Origin: Schizochytrium sp. TIO01
Lineage: Eukaryota > Protista > Bigyra: Labyrinthulomycetes
Assembly: GCA_004764695.1 (NCBI GenBank)
Contig: SMSO01000036.1
Span: 868,001-932,000, forward strand
DNA: 64,000 nt
Direction of reading: 5' to 3'
Below are positions 44,651 through 56,283 of this stretch, piece after piece (the stretch's first letter is position 1; each line of letters opens with the position of its first letter). The translations under genes and the position numbers were made by a program. The notes below the pieces were generated by a model. The model saw only the letters and a program-made list of their open reading frames with translations, was not told the DNA's origin and did no database searches.

Positions 44651-47600
44651 TTACTTTACTATATCATTTTTAAAATTTGTCAAATGCATAAGGCCAAATG
44701 CATATATGGTGCACATGCTCGGATCTTGAGCAAGGATTTCTACATTTGAATACGCAATTCCGCAACCAAAAGCGACCTGGAGACAACAGTTAACTGTTTC
44801 ATTGGCTAGAAACCTGTCTGCTGAGTTAATGTCAGCATCAGACCTAAGTAGACACGCACTTTCCTCAGTCGTATTAGATACTTTGCAACATGCTACTGCA
44901 GCATTTAGCAAGGCGGCACTTGGGGCGCCCCTCGTGATTTTCTTTACGTCTTGCAAAACAATTTTTATAGTTTGAACTCGCTTTTCACTCTTGTTTATCG
45001 GGCATACCCAAAGAAGTTTGTGGCTCATATCCAAATAGACTTTTGCCTTTATAAGACGGAAATGCTCAGAGGGGGATACGAAGTGCCATACAGAGCCTTT
45101 GACCATAATTGACAGAATGCGCTCTATGTCCTGTATCACTGGCCCAACTTTGATATGATCTCTTTTGTCATATTTAACTCCCTGTGCACACTCCGAGGTA
45201 ACTCGTTTAACCTCAAGATGTTTTGGCAAACGTTGCGATATATGTGATTCTACCTTTCTTTCACTAGCTGAAAGAATAGAAAGACTTGGACTTAAAATCG
45301 TAGCTCCAGTCCTACAAGTAAAGTTTCTCTGGTCTGATTTTGTCTCCAGAAGGACTCCGATACCAGTAGACAAACATGAGTTTTTTCTTTCCTTTGAGGG
45401 GATTTGTTCATGACCAGTTTGATTCACATGAAGTCCGTCAATTTCATGTTGTGAATTCTTCTGGTGCGCTTCATTCTTAACGCTGGAAGAACCGAAGAGC
45501 ATTTGGGCATCGACGGAAAACCTCTTAAATTCCTTCCTTTGGCTTGCACTGTCCGTAGTTGCACACCTGTAAGATCTACCTGCCGCAAGCTTGCGTAGAT
45601 TAGGATTCATTCGGTATTGCATTTGCTGAATTGTTGATTGTGGCAAATCACTATGCGCATTATATCGCATGGGTACAACAGATAGTGTTGACAACTGATG
45701 TTGCCAAAGCTGAGCTAACTTATTTGTCGGAAATGCTAACGCCCACCAGCCATTTACAGGCGAGGAAATAGAAAGTTGAAATATCCGAACTAGCTCATTG
45801 TTTGGACCATATATAGTAGACTGCCCAATATACTCTATTGTAGAGCCTGGTAATGAGATCTCCTCATAATTAGTTGAAGTACGGTTGGGACCCGACACTA
45901 TCAGAAGGCATCGAGCTCTATCCAGCAAGACTCGTCGGTGTGTCCAATATGTCTGCGTGAAAGACTTTGACATAACCCACTGCTCACGAGGGCTGTTATG
46001 TTTTGGTTGTTTTGGCGCAAGCTTAGATTGCTTCTCGGTTCCAAGATCAACCGATACATGAGCATTACTTGGAATCTTTGGCGTCGGAGGATCCATACTC
46101 TCAGATGACTCCCACGAAACATTTCCATTCTCTAAAAAGGATGTCGTTTGCCCCACAGACATTGAAATTGGGTTCAAGACATCTTTGCTTTGACCTAGTT
46201 GAATGAGTACTTTAGAACGAGGGTCTTCATTTGAATCGAAAGAGTCCTCACCAGGTTTTGCATCTTTTGCGTCTAACGAGTCTTGGCAAGGCTGAGCGAA
46301 GGATAGGTCTTTCGAATAAGTAGGCATAGGAATACTTGGTGGCATTCGCCTTGGTAACGGATGCAAAATTCCTATGCCAAAATTCCGCGGTGGAAGTCCT
46401 TTCTGTGGCATAGGGTTTGATGTAATAATATTCTGGGTTGAAAAAATATCCTCTCCAAGGTGTTCTGACAACTTGCGCATGGCAAGGCTCCGTTGGCTTG
46501 AAGCAATGATATGCTTTATTGTCGACAGGGGTTGCTGATCGTCATTTGCGGTTTTGGACTTCAGGACAGAGTTTTCTGGTTTAAGCTGGCTGCACATATC
46601 CGAACTTTCACAGTCCGAATATTGATCGGAGTTATAGTCGAGGCTAGAAGGTGCACTTAAAACGTCATTATGGTCAGCAGTAGACACATATATATGTTCA
46701 TGTTCTATATTATCAAGACCGAACGAGGTGAGGGTATCTTTTCCTTCAGCGTATGGCTCGCACTTATCCGAGGATGCATTCTTTTCAACTGATGTTTTAA
46801 GATATTGCCCAGTCATTCTAACATTGCACTTCTCATGTTCTTCATATTCTTCATATTCGTCATGTTTGTCATCGTCTTCTTCTTCGTCGTCATTATTGTC
46901 ATCGTCTTCGGTACTCTCAGAATCGTCACCGTCTCCGTCTTCATGTTCATCGTCATCGTCATCGTCATCAGAGACACCATCAATATCATTTTTCAGCACA
47001 TGCATGACACTAGAACTCTGTATCGAACTAAGTGAGCCCTTGGTATGTTTCTCTTCTGGCATAATCAAAAGTAAAGCATCTGTACATGATTTTTCCAGCT
47101 CGCACAAACCTCGAGCAACCCGCAAAACGCAAGGCCCACATTGCTCTAAGTTTACACAAGCAGTGCGATCCACATGTGCATGTATGCGAGGAATGGATTG
47201 CGTCAGGTTATGCCGCGAAAGAAATTGAATACTCTCGGTTCCTTCTATGCATACCTTGCAACCTGTGTAAAATGCAGCTTCATGTTGAAAGGGAAGGCCA
47301 TTCGCTTTCATTTGCGTCATCGCTTCCCTAATCATAGAAAGTAGTCGCGAGCTGCAAATTACAACTTGAGGATCAATGTCATCTCGCAGGCCTTCATTAA
47401 GACATGCACTTGCCTTGGAAATAGCATTCCAAACTAGTTGTTCGTAATTTTGAGACACGTGTGCATGCTCTTCAGACAGAAGATTTTCCATCTTTGCTTG
47501 TGATTTGCTAAATTGTGAATACGAAGAGACTCTTGCATTCTGATCTGAAGGCTCAGCAAATCCGTGTTTCCTAGCATTTAAATTGAAAGCATCCCAGCCA

Positions 47601-49951
47601 GGCGGCTTCACGCGTGGGGCTGTTTGTTTGAGCCCTGACACTGGCTTCGAAAGTTCTTCATGCGGCTGGTGATGGGGCCTAGCTTGTGGCTTAGAATGAC
47701 TTTGAGGCAGGACAGCTGTTGCTTTGCATGTTGCTGAGTCTAGAGAAACATCAACGATTGGCACAGACAATGTACTACTTGCCCGAGATCGAGACGTACT
47801 AATAGCCCGAACACGATGCTGTGAGACACCCCGCTGTCGCTCACGTTCGAGTTTGCCTAGGTAAATTTCAGCATCCAAAGAGTGCTTGTTTAGATGATTT
47901 GAATTATTGCCCGCAGCTATAGTTTCTAACCTGTACCTTGAAGTTGGATTATATGAGCTGTTCAAAATATCTGTTTTGGTGTTCTCAGTGGTATCTAGCT
48001 TTTCAACACCAATATTCTTGGTAGATTCTGGGCTGCTACTTGTGTCGCTTGCACTTTCATATTGACTGCTCTGAGACAAAACATCTGCACAATCTCTACC
48101 ATTGGTATTCGAAGCCGAACTGGAAGCCAATGACAATTGATTTGTTTGGCTCTTGCTACTCTGTTCATCATCACATTCGTCATTTCCGGCGAAATCTTGT
48201 TGAGAGATAAACGGGGTTTCAAATGTGCTCGCGTCACTGTATTCCTCCTCACCATCGCTGGGTCCACTTTCTGATGGATCTGTATCATTGCGCCTTCTCT
48301 CAGATTGCTCTCCAAGGTAGTCATCTTCCTCTTCTGTGTCGCTCTGCGCACAGTAATCCCTACCATCTTCAAAGTTGCTAATGCTACCCCATGCATCTTT
48401 GTGACCATGGTCAACTATTTTAGAGTGAAGCTGGCTTTTCGCATCTCGCGCAATCTCTTCTGGCTGAAATCTTCGATAAGACACACTCTTTTCGCAGGAT
48501 AGGTTATGAGTTTGTGCATTTTCTTCTATACAAGCTGGATCTGAATGTTTCACTTCTGAATGCACGTCAAAAGCTGATGATCTTTGAGTTTTATCTTGAG
48601 AAAGCTCAGAGCCTCGAGGAAAATTTACTTCGCCTTGCACTGGCTCGCCACTTTCCTCCAGTTTGTTTGTCAAGAAAAGGGTGTTGAAGTGATTGGGAAA
48701 CCATGAAAGAAAACCTTGGAACTTTTCCTCGAGAAACAAGAGAGTCTCACATGATTCCACTTTTCTATTCTTCTTTGGGCTTCCCTGATTATTACGTTGA
48801 AGACAGATAATACGCACTGGGTTTTCATTTGCAATTTGGGGCAAAGTTTTAAAAAAATCAGCCGGAGATTCTTTGACCATCGCTAAATCTGCAAAACTGA
48901 TAAAAGTATGCGCGTGGGTTGCAGTGTAATACTGAAGTGTGCATTCTTTATGAACTTGATCAAACATTACTCGACAGAACCTTCTTTTCCAGCGAGGAGA
49001 AACGCCCAGAAGAGCTCCTGCTGCAGCTGATCTTTTGAAGAGAAACCCCTGGATAAGACACCCTTTCTCAGCTTCGGCATGAACATATTTTGAGATGTCG
49101 AGAGGCTCCGATGTGTGTTCTTTATTACCTGCCATTATTCTCTCAAAAGTGGAAGCGAAAGACAAAGTTTCCATCCATGAACGACGCTCACCTTCGGATC
49201 TTGCTACCAATAGAAACTTTGCGTTGTTTAGACTCGGGACACGCAGCTGGAATAAAAAGAATGTCTGCTTGGGAAATTGTCGTTGCAATGTTTTAAGAGC
49301 AGATGAGGCATGACTTGTGGTGGCAATTTCAACATTTGCATTTGCAAGGCTGATTTGCTGCCGAAGCTGCCCAATATCATACAAGTAAAGTCCCGTTTGC
49401 TGTACACTCACGATGCTTTGTCTCCAAGAGTTGGCTTTTGCATCATGTGTATGACAAAGCTCTACTTGCTCTTCTTCATGTTCTCCATCAAACCATGATG
49501 TAGGACTTATGATAGCAGAGTTTGGACTTACTAATAAAGGGGTTTGTGATTCCTCGGAAGGTACTTGAGAAGGGTGAGGAAGAGCAGCGCAGGATGTCGT
49601 GCGATTCTCTGCTAACATCTGATCTATGCATGAAAACTCCATTTCTAGGAGACATCTCTCCTTTGCATCCGTACTTTCGTTCATCCTTCGGAATGCCTCC
49701 TGTTGAGCGATTTCAAGCTCTGCAACTGAGAGTTTAGAATTAGCCTCCCTGCAGCTCTTAACTTCTGAAACTAGGGCTTCGATTTCTTTACGTTGTTTAA
49801 TGTCTTCATCGCTTTGAAGCTGCTCAGTGATTCTCCCGGCGGGGATTTGAAGTCTTGCGAGGACTTCTTGCACAACTGGGTCGTTAGCAAGCTCCTTAGC
49901 ATCCAACCGTCGTGACAATCCCTTATTACTAGCTTGTTCTTGAGGAGTCAT
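44651..49951 (-). CDS. Large multi-PH-domain protein with acidic low-complexity linkers
   Basis: 1766-aa intronless ORF. PH-like segments end LLVARSEGERRSWMETL, include QGFLFKR...WKRRFC, and WTHRRVLL...LAFPTNKLAQLWQHQL; there is also a C-terminal PLC/Mcp5-like PH (MVKG...IVLQDVKKITRG). Confidence 0.8.
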   Translation of the reverse strand: MTPQEQASNKGLSRRLDAKELANDPVVQEVLARLQIPAGRITEQLQSDEDIKQRKEIEALVSEVKSCREANSKLSVAELEIAQQEAFRRMNESTDAKERCLLEMEFSCIDQMLAENRTTSCAALPHPSQVPSEESQTPLLVSPNSAIISPTSWFDGEHEEEQVELCHTHDAKANSWRQSIVSVQQTGLYLYDIGQLRQQISLANANVEIATTSHASSALKTLQRQFPKQTFFLFQLRVPSLNNAKFLLVARSEGERRSWMETLSFASTFERIMAGNKEHTSEPLDISKYVHAEAEKGCLIQGFLFKRSAAAGALLGVSPRWKRRFCRVMFDQVHKECTLQYYTATHAHTFISFADLAMVKESPADFFKTLPQIANENPVRIICLQRNNQGSPKKNRKVESCETLLFLEEKFQGFLSWFPNHFNTLFLTNKLEESGEPVQGEVNFPRGSELSQDKTQRSSAFDVHSEVKHSDPACIEENAQTHNLSCEKSVSYRRFQPEEIARDAKSQLHSKIVDHGHKDAWGSISNFEDGRDYCAQSDTEEEDDYLGEQSERRRNDTDPSESGPSDGEEEYSDASTFETPFISQQDFAGNDECDDEQSSKSQTNQLSLASSSASNTNGRDCADVLSQSSQYESASDTSSSPESTKNIGVEKLDTTENTKTDILNSSYNPTSRYRLETIAAGNNSNHLNKHSLDAEIYLGKLERERQRGVSQHRVRAISTSRSRASSTLSVPIVDVSLDSATCKATAVLPQSHSKPQARPHHQPHEELSKPVSGLKQTAPRVKPPGWDAFNLNARKHGFAEPSDQNARVSSYSQFSKSQAKMENLLSEEHAHVSQNYEQLVWNAISKASACLNEGLRDDIDPQVVICSSRLLSMIREAMTQMKANGLPFQHEAAFYTGCKVCIEGTESIQFLSRHNLTQSIPRIHAHVDRTACVNLEQCGPCVLRVARGLCELEKSCTDALLLIMPEEKHTKGSLSSIQSSSVMHVLKNDIDGVSDDDDDDDEHEDGDGDDSESTEDDDNNDDEEEDDDKHDEYEEYEEHEKCNVRMTGQYLKTSVEKNASSDKCEPYAEGKDTLTSFGLDNIEHEHIYVSTADHNDVLSAPSSLDYNSDQYSDCESSDMCSQLKPENSVLKSKTANDDQQPLSTIKHIIASSQRSLAMRKLSEHLGEDIFSTQNIITSNPMPQKGLPPRNFGIGILHPLPRRMPPSIPMPTYSKDLSFAQPCQDSLDAKDAKPGEDSFDSNEDPRSKVLIQLGQSKDVLNPISMSVGQTTSFLENGNVSWESSESMDPPTPKIPSNAHVSVDLGTEKQSKLAPKQPKHNSPREQWVMSKSFTQTYWTHRRVLLDRARCLLIVSGPNRTSTNYEEISLPGSTIEYIGQSTIYGPNNELVRIFQLSISSPVNGWWALAFPTNKLAQLWQHQLSTLSVVPMRYNAHSDLPQSTIQQMQYRMNPNLRKLAAGRSYRCATTDSASQRKEFKRFSVDAQMLFGSSSVKNEAHQKNSQHEIDGLHVNQTGHEQIPSKERKNSCLSTGIGVLLETKSDQRNFTCRTGATILSPSLSILSASERKVESHISQRLPKHLEVKRVTSECAQGVKYDKRDHIKVGPVIQDIERILSIMVKGSVWHFVSPSEHFRLIKAKVYLDMSHKLLWVCPINKSEKRVQTIKIVLQDVKKITRGAPSAALLNAAVACCKVSNTTEESACLLRSDADINSADRFLANETVNCCLQVAFGCGIAYSNVEILAQDPSMCTIYAFGLMHLTNFKNDIVK

Positions 49952-51198
49952 TTGATTAGGTTCCTTTGACTGTCCAGCAAACCTTGTGGGCGGCTTCTGC
50001 GCCCTACGGTATTTGAGGATTGCGAACTACGAGTGACTTGCAGAAGATTAGATAAATGTAAAGTTTGTTCCATACGTAGTTTAGGAAAGCTTCCAAACTC
50101 AAACCCAAGTGTGGCTGATAGAGGCAGCTGGTCTGATACAGGACAGAAGCACCGTCAAGCTTTCTTACTTTCAATTTCTGCTGTTCGCGATCATTACTCA
50201 GCTTGGGCTACCGTAACCTTCACGTTCTTGTATATGGGCAGGCTAATTGTAGTATGTTAGAACCAGAACTAATTAAAACTAGCTAGGTTTGCAACATACT
50301 AGGTAGAAGGTTAATATCGGCTTCAGCTTCGGCCACCTGGAGAGGGTCCCAAATGATTTTTTTGAGAACCTAGTAAATTATTTTTTAAAGTTAAGCTTAT
50401 TTGCTAGTATGTTTATAAAATTTTAACTCTTATGTATAGTATATAAATTCAATCACTAAAAATAAAATAATATATATATAGGCCTTAATAATAATAATTG
50501 GCCCAGGTCATTAACTATATGAAGGGTACTATATGTACTATCATAACAGATTATGCACGTATTTCATTCACTTTTATTTTTACTGCATCACAGCAGATCA
50601 ATAGAAAGATTCAGAGCCGAAGCTGCTTTAAAAAAAAAATGCAGGTAGGCTTGAGGTTTCTAGAGTGACTTTCCTACTTTGGAGTCTGTATTTATATTGT
50701 CAGTGAATGGCCGACGCTTTTAAACATGCAAAGTGGCTATATCTCGTAGGGGCAAGTTTTACTTTCTTATAGATAGTCATGGTAGAAAGATAAAATAAAA
50801 ATATCAACTCCGAAAAGAAGGAAAATATTTAAAAGCATGTTTTATTCTTTATTCTCAAAATGAATAAATTCTATTTTGCTAAGCTTTATTTCATATAAAA
50901 GAATAGTGAGGGAGAAAAAAAGAGACAAACATATCCGTTAGGAACGCTAGATTGAAGCGAATACATTCTCAAAATATAGTTTGAGCCTGAAATGATTCAT
51001 TTTTTTAAAACTAGTATCGCATAGAAGGTAGATCTGCAAATTACCGGATATGGAAAATTTAATAAAGGTAGCATAATAAATAATGAAGGCATGGTTAGAA
51101 CTTAGCTAGAACAGGTATTCTATCATATTTTATTGTTTTCGAAATGTTGGCAGGTATTTGCTTTTGCGAGTTTTACATAACAATTAATCAATCAAGCT

Positions 51199-54100
51199 AT
51201 GCCTTGGCGTTATCTAAATAAAGTGAAGTATCATTTAAGAATAATCGAACTCATAAAATCAACCTGCTATATAATATTGTATAGTTTTTTAATACATTTA
51301 GAAAGCACCTCCCAGTCAATGCTTTATCCATTCAAGGACAGCTGTCCACAAAGCTCCTCGAGCTCGCCTACTCTATGTAATGCGCACATGCGAACCATTG
51401 AGAGACTTGCCTCAGAGTTATACAATAACGCAACCATCTTAAACAGTGATATACACAACATAAGGCCAGACTCTTCGGGTACGTGTAGACCTCCGAGAGC
51501 TGTGTACACGTCAGGGACTTTGACAACAGAGTCCATACTCGAAACTGAATTAAAGATCTACATGAGTTCGCTATACTCGATCGAGACTACGCTCGAAGCG
51601 ACGGAGGCTGACCTGAGCATGAACAAACGCGGACAACGACGACCTAGAAGATTCAAATCTCACAAAAAAAGAGTTCATCCTGAGCCGCAGCTCATGCCAA
51701 ACATGAAGTCTGCCCTCGGAAAGTGCCTTACCCCTGCATCAGCAGCATTAAAAACATACTCAGGTCCCAAGGGGCTTGAGCATATAGAAAGAGTCGAGAG
51801 TAGCACATCAATCAACTCAGCAGTACCTGGTGAAAGTTTGGACCAGAATCTGGGAGATGTGGCTCTCCGTGGAAACAACAGAACATCGATATCTTCCATG
51901 ACAAAACCGTCCCTCATTGTAAAAATACAGTCTCCTCAATTTACCGAAGCTCCAGAAAGTAATTTTGAGGATTCAAAACAAATACTTTTAAGACCATGTA
52001 ATCCAGACTCTACACGAACAAAGCATCGCCGCAATAAAAGTACGCCAAAATTTACTTCACGAGAAGACCTTAAGAAAATAAAAGAAGCTCATGCTGCTCT
52101 TGAGGCATCGGCTAGAGCAAAAGTAGCCGTGTTGCGTGCTGAACAACGCAGAGTTGAGAAAATGAGAAAAGAAAAGCGAGCAGATAAAGAGCTTGAACGG
52201 AAAGCACAGGAAAATAGGAGATTTAAAGCTACAATGTACAATGACATGGCAGAGAGATCTCCTAATGTTCATGGTGATGAAGGGACACAATCAAAACCTC
52301 CATCAACAAATGCACATAAAAAGCGTAGTGTGAAGCCACTTATTCACCAACAGATGGATAGAGAGTGGTGCAAGGTGCAACAGCCTGGCTGGCGCAGAAC
52401 CTGGGAGATTCTCGAGCAGGGTTCTCTAAGCTCTGCTGAAATAAGGCAATCACCCAGATCTGCAAGTTCATTCTATGCACAAGAAGCCACTTATAGTAAA
52501 CAACTAAACTTTGAGCAGCTCTCCTCGGCTTCGTCGGATGAGCACTCGCTTCTGCCTGATTCCAAAATTCAACCTGTCAGTGCAGATCTTCATTCTTCAT
52601 CCCCTACGAATAGATCGAAGCCTCACTGTTCACATTCTCATGGACTGGGTCCTGAGCATACCCTCATTACGACATCAAATCACCTTACCAATAGTAAGTC
52701 TTTGACAATACCAGAAAACAAATGCAACAGCTTGCCTGCAACAGATCGGATGGTTTATTATCCGAATCGACACGAACGTGCATCAAGCTTGGAAGGAAAC
52801 ATTGCATACGAGGAGCCATCTTTTAATATGCATGATGTTTCTCTTCGTTCAAAATTGCATCATTACGCTCATTGCATGCCCCAGACATCTTGTACTTCTG
52901 AAAAAACTCCCGTATGCGCACCAAATAATCCTGGCGAGGAACAGCCAGTCTTCACTGCTGAAAGTTTTGCCCCAAAGAGAGGCGATATAAATGCAGCTGA
53001 ATTCGATATTCCTCATCTTGGCCAAAGTGGAACAGATACTCAGACAAATGTCGAAGCCGGTCTTCATGTGAGTCTTGATCATTCTATCCAAAGAGTTAAA
53101 AGCGCAAATGTGATCAATACTAATCTAGAAGTTGAGAACAACTTTGCTAATCATGTTCAAACCAGTAGTGCAGAAAAATTGGATGACAGGGACGGTATTA
53201 ACAGTGCATTTCATCGCACTGATCAAAATGACATTAACTCTGGCTGTAGTCAAGTCTTTGTAAAAGATCTAAACATATGTGTGGGGATAGCTACCTACAA
53301 GCAGAACACAGCTGATCTCATCAGTAAAAGTCATGATACTAGAGGTAACGATGCAATCTCTAGCTTTGACACAAATAAGGTTGGTGATGATAATTGCATT
53401 GATATAGGAGATACTGAGCCCTTCGAAAACCTCAGAAACATTGCAGACGTCCAAGTAGCTGAGAACTCTGAATCCTATGAAGATTGCAATTATTGTAGTA
53501 AACATCGTGGCAATTGTAAAGTCATTGAAGATAGCGACAATAGTGAAGATGTCGAAAATTTAAAAGGTACTATGGAAGTCGAAAAGGGCGAGCATGGCAA
53601 AGGTGGCAACAACGACAACAGCACCAACGCTGGCATCAACGACAACAACGGCGACGCTGGCAGCAACGACAACAACGGCGACGCTGGCAGCAACGACAAC
53701 AACGGCGACGCTGGCAGCAACGACAACAACGGCGACGCTGGCAGCAACGACAACAACGGCAACACTGGCAGCAACGACAACAACAGCGACGCTGGCAGCA
53801 ACGACAACAACAGCGACGCTGGCAGCAACGACAACAACGGCGACGCTGGCAGCAACGACAACAACGGAGACGCTGGCAGCAACGACAACAACGGCAACGA
53901 TGACAATAACGGCAACGATAACAACGACGGTAATGATGGCAACGATGGGGAAGATGGCGATGATGACTATGACCACGATGGTGATGATGACCAAGATAGC
54001 GAGGATGGTGAAGGTGATAAAGATGGTGAGAAAATTGTTCAGGATATCAAAGACCGTAAAAGTGAAGCCCAAGAAAATTATAAACGTGATCAAAATTTCC

Positions 54101-56283
54101 AAGTTGGTGAATGCGGTCCAAGTGGTGAAAATGATCAAGCGAGTCAAAGTCAAGATGGTTTCGATAAAATTGAACCTGGCACCAGTGTGAATAAAAGTTT
54201 GAAGGCTATGGAGAGTCCTGATAGTCGAGAACTTCCTCCTGAGGCCTTGGGTTGTAAGAGTTTGACACTCTCTACAACGCCTCAAGAAGACATTGAGGCC
54301 GCTGAAAGTAGTAGAAACACTACCAGAGGCTCAGAATTCAACGACAAAGCTAGTTTAACTGGAGAATTGCAATATGCAAAAGAATGTCAACTTCAAGCAG
54401 AAATAAGTACTACGTTAGAGAAGCATGGGCCAACGCATGCTGAGAATATCCAAGTAGATTCTGCGTTAATTGCCCCCTTCGTGGCAAATGCCAGCACCTG
54501 TAAAATTAGTGGTGCAAACAAAAGACTTGTTGAAGTCCACACTGATATCAGTATTGGGACAAGCTCGGCTAAAACGTCCGCCCGAAGTGAGAATAAGCAA
54601 AATGTCGAGAGTGCTGTTATAAATTCTGAAGGAACGGAATTCTCAGAGCTGCAAAGTAACTTTACGCAAACGGTGGAGGTGTCTCAAAGTCAGGGACTTG
54701 CTCAGAGTCGTTATGGCGTACCTAATCAATCAAGAAATAACGACCATGACCACAACCCTGACCTATTAAATGCAATGAAGACTCTGTTACATAAAGAAGA
54801 AACAACGAAGATGCCCCCCCCACCCTCGAATCATGAAATTGATGATGACGAAACTCAGGAGTTTTCTAACCAAATTTCGACTGACCAAGAGAAGGAAGCT
54901 GTTAAATCACAGTCACTCGGCGCTATTCAGTCTCATGAAACGACTAATGAAACGACTAATGAAACAACTAGCATTGAAACAAGTTTGGAAATGGTTTTGA
55001 AAACAATGGACGATTTAGAAAATGACCTTGTTTCAGAATCTACCAACGTCCAAACAAGTCTCGATGAAACCAGTTTAAAATGTCAAGGACTCAAAGAGGT
55101 TCAGCAAGATGATAATCATGATAGCTCGACGAGAAGTTCACATAGTGTGAATAGGAATAGTGAAGGGGCTGCTTTTCAAAGGAGAACCTTAGAAATCTGC
55201 AATGTACTCGATGAATTGACTATCCAAATGAAGCGCAAGGCTAAATTTCTTCCCTGGAGTGATACCTTGGAAGCTGAGTATCAGGCTTTGTGTCTGGGAA
55301 AACTGGTGGAAACCCCCCTTGACAACAGCGATTCGATAATTAAACGAGAACCGGGTCTTAATGATTCTTTATATACAGCAGCGTCATTAGCTGCAGAAGG
55401 AGCTCTCGCGGCAGCTGAAGCTGCTCGAGGAGCTGCTACCGCTGCACAGGGGGCTGCGAATGCAGCAGAAGGGGTAGTCGCTGCTGTAGACATGGTTCTT
55501 AGCTTCTCCGACAGACACTCGAAACAACATCAAGGGAAGAAAGAGAGTAAGGAAGGGGACACCCGTTGCACTACAGCTCGAGCTGGATCTGATGATATGT
55601 TTGAAGGAGATTCCTGCGTTCCGGTATTCGAAACTTCTCAGGATAATCATTCACCATCTTTTCGAGATACAAAAGCTGAACTCGAGAGCTCGGATATTTC
55701 TTGTACAAATCAATCAATCGCTCAGAAATGCTTTCCTGTCGATAATGTTGGGAATGGAAATAAAATTCCCAAGGATGTTGAGATTCATGCTCCTTTGAAA
55801 GAGCACAGACAACAATGTCATGATCAAAACTACTCAGAAACATGCGCAAATACTACTTTAGAGCCACATGATATGATAGTGGCTTCTGTAAATGAGAGCA
55901 TGGCTTCAAAAAAAAATGTTCAGTTAAGGAGTTCAGAGGCTTTCCCCTTTGACAAGAATATTATAATAGGTATGGGCAAACGGGAGAATAAGAACGAGTC
56001 CTCGGATCTAGAGAATGCAATACTTGCTGAAGATGGTCTTGGTATGCAACTTTGCTCATGTGAAAACGGCAATGTCCCATGTCATCAATCTAAAGCTTCT
56101 ATTAAATGTCAGCAACTTGAGATATGCTCAGTAAAGGCACTACCAATGTCTAGCCATCAAAATTCTTTGGAACCCCAGGTTCGAGAATTGATCTCAAATG
56201 AGTCCAAAGCTGAAGACATAGCAAAAACAGATAAGGTATGGCTTAAGTCAGCTGTCTCGAACCGACGTAAGACACTCTGGTAG
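51199..56283 (+). CDS. Large, probably disordered hypothetical protein with charged coiled coil, 9-aa repeats and Ala-rich helix; true start may be 51319 or 51619
   Basis: About 5 kb uninterrupted ORF; KKIKEAHAALE...RKEKRADKELERKAQE coiled coil; no recognisable domain. Confidence 0.7.
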   Translation: MPWRYLNKVKYHLRIIELIKSTCYIILYSFLIHLESTSQSMLYPFKDSCPQSSSSSPTLCNAHMRTIERLASELYNNATILNSDIHNIRPDSSGTCRPPRAVYTSGTLTTESILETELKIYMSSLYSIETTLEATEADLSMNKRGQRRPRRFKSHKKRVHPEPQLMPNMKSALGKCLTPASAALKTYSGPKGLEHIERVESSTSINSAVPGESLDQNLGDVALRGNNRTSISSMTKPSLIVKIQSPQFTEAPESNFEDSKQILLRPCNPDSTRTKHRRNKSTPKFTSREDLKKIKEAHAALEASARAKVAVLRAEQRRVEKMRKEKRADKELERKAQENRRFKATMYNDMAERSPNVHGDEGTQSKPPSTNAHKKRSVKPLIHQQMDREWCKVQQPGWRRTWEILEQGSLSSAEIRQSPRSASSFYAQEATYSKQLNFEQLSSASSDEHSLLPDSKIQPVSADLHSSSPTNRSKPHCSHSHGLGPEHTLITTSNHLTNSKSLTIPENKCNSLPATDRMVYYPNRHERASSLEGNIAYEEPSFNMHDVSLRSKLHHYAHCMPQTSCTSEKTPVCAPNNPGEEQPVFTAESFAPKRGDINAAEFDIPHLGQSGTDTQTNVEAGLHVSLDHSIQRVKSANVINTNLEVENNFANHVQTSSAEKLDDRDGINSAFHRTDQNDINSGCSQVFVKDLNICVGIATYKQNTADLISKSHDTRGNDAISSFDTNKVGDDNCIDIGDTEPFENLRNIADVQVAENSESYEDCNYCSKHRGNCKVIEDSDNSEDVENLKGTMEVEKGEHGKGGNNDNSTNAGINDNNGDAGSNDNNGDAGSNDNNGDAGSNDNNGDAGSNDNNGNTGSNDNNSDAGSNDNNSDAGSNDNNGDAGSNDNNGDAGSNDNNGNDDNNGNDNNDGNDGNDGEDGDDDYDHDGDDDQDSEDGEGDKDGEKIVQDIKDRKSEAQENYKRDQNFQVGECGPSGENDQASQSQDGFDKIEPGTSVNKSLKAMESPDSRELPPEALGCKSLTLSTTPQEDIEAAESSRNTTRGSEFNDKASLTGELQYAKECQLQAEISTTLEKHGPTHAENIQVDSALIAPFVANASTCKISGANKRLVEVHTDISIGTSSAKTSARSENKQNVESAVINSEGTEFSELQSNFTQTVEVSQSQGLAQSRYGVPNQSRNNDHDHNPDLLNAMKTLLHKEETTKMPPPPSNHEIDDDETQEFSNQISTDQEKEAVKSQSLGAIQSHETTNETTNETTSIETSLEMVLKTMDDLENDLVSESTNVQTSLDETSLKCQGLKEVQQDDNHDSSTRSSHSVNRNSEGAAFQRRTLEICNVLDELTIQMKRKAKFLPWSDTLEAEYQALCLGKLVETPLDNSDSIIKREPGLNDSLYTAASLAAEGALAAAEAARGAATAAQGAANAAEGVVAAVDMVLSFSDRHSKQHQGKKESKEGDTRCTTARAGSDDMFEGDSCVPVFETSQDNHSPSFRDTKAELESSDISCTNQSIAQKCFPVDNVGNGNKIPKDVEIHAPLKEHRQQCHDQNYSETCANTTLEPHDMIVASVNESMASKKNVQLRSSEAFPFDKNIIIGMGKRENKNESSDLENAILAEDGLGMQLCSCENGNVPCHQSKASIKCQQLEICSVKALPMSSHQNSLEPQVRELISNESKAEDIAKTDKVWLKSAVSNRRKTLW
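53610..53900 (+). repeat. Coding 27-bp minisatellite (NGDAGSNDN), about 10 units
   Basis: AACGGCGACGCTGGCAGCAACGACAAC repeated in frame. Confidence 0.95.

Noticed and set aside
53490-54285. Alternative-frame and antisense ORFs (poly-T/A, VVVAASVA, LLSLLPASP)
   Set aside because: Shadows of the 27-bp coding repeat inside the long plus-strand ORF.
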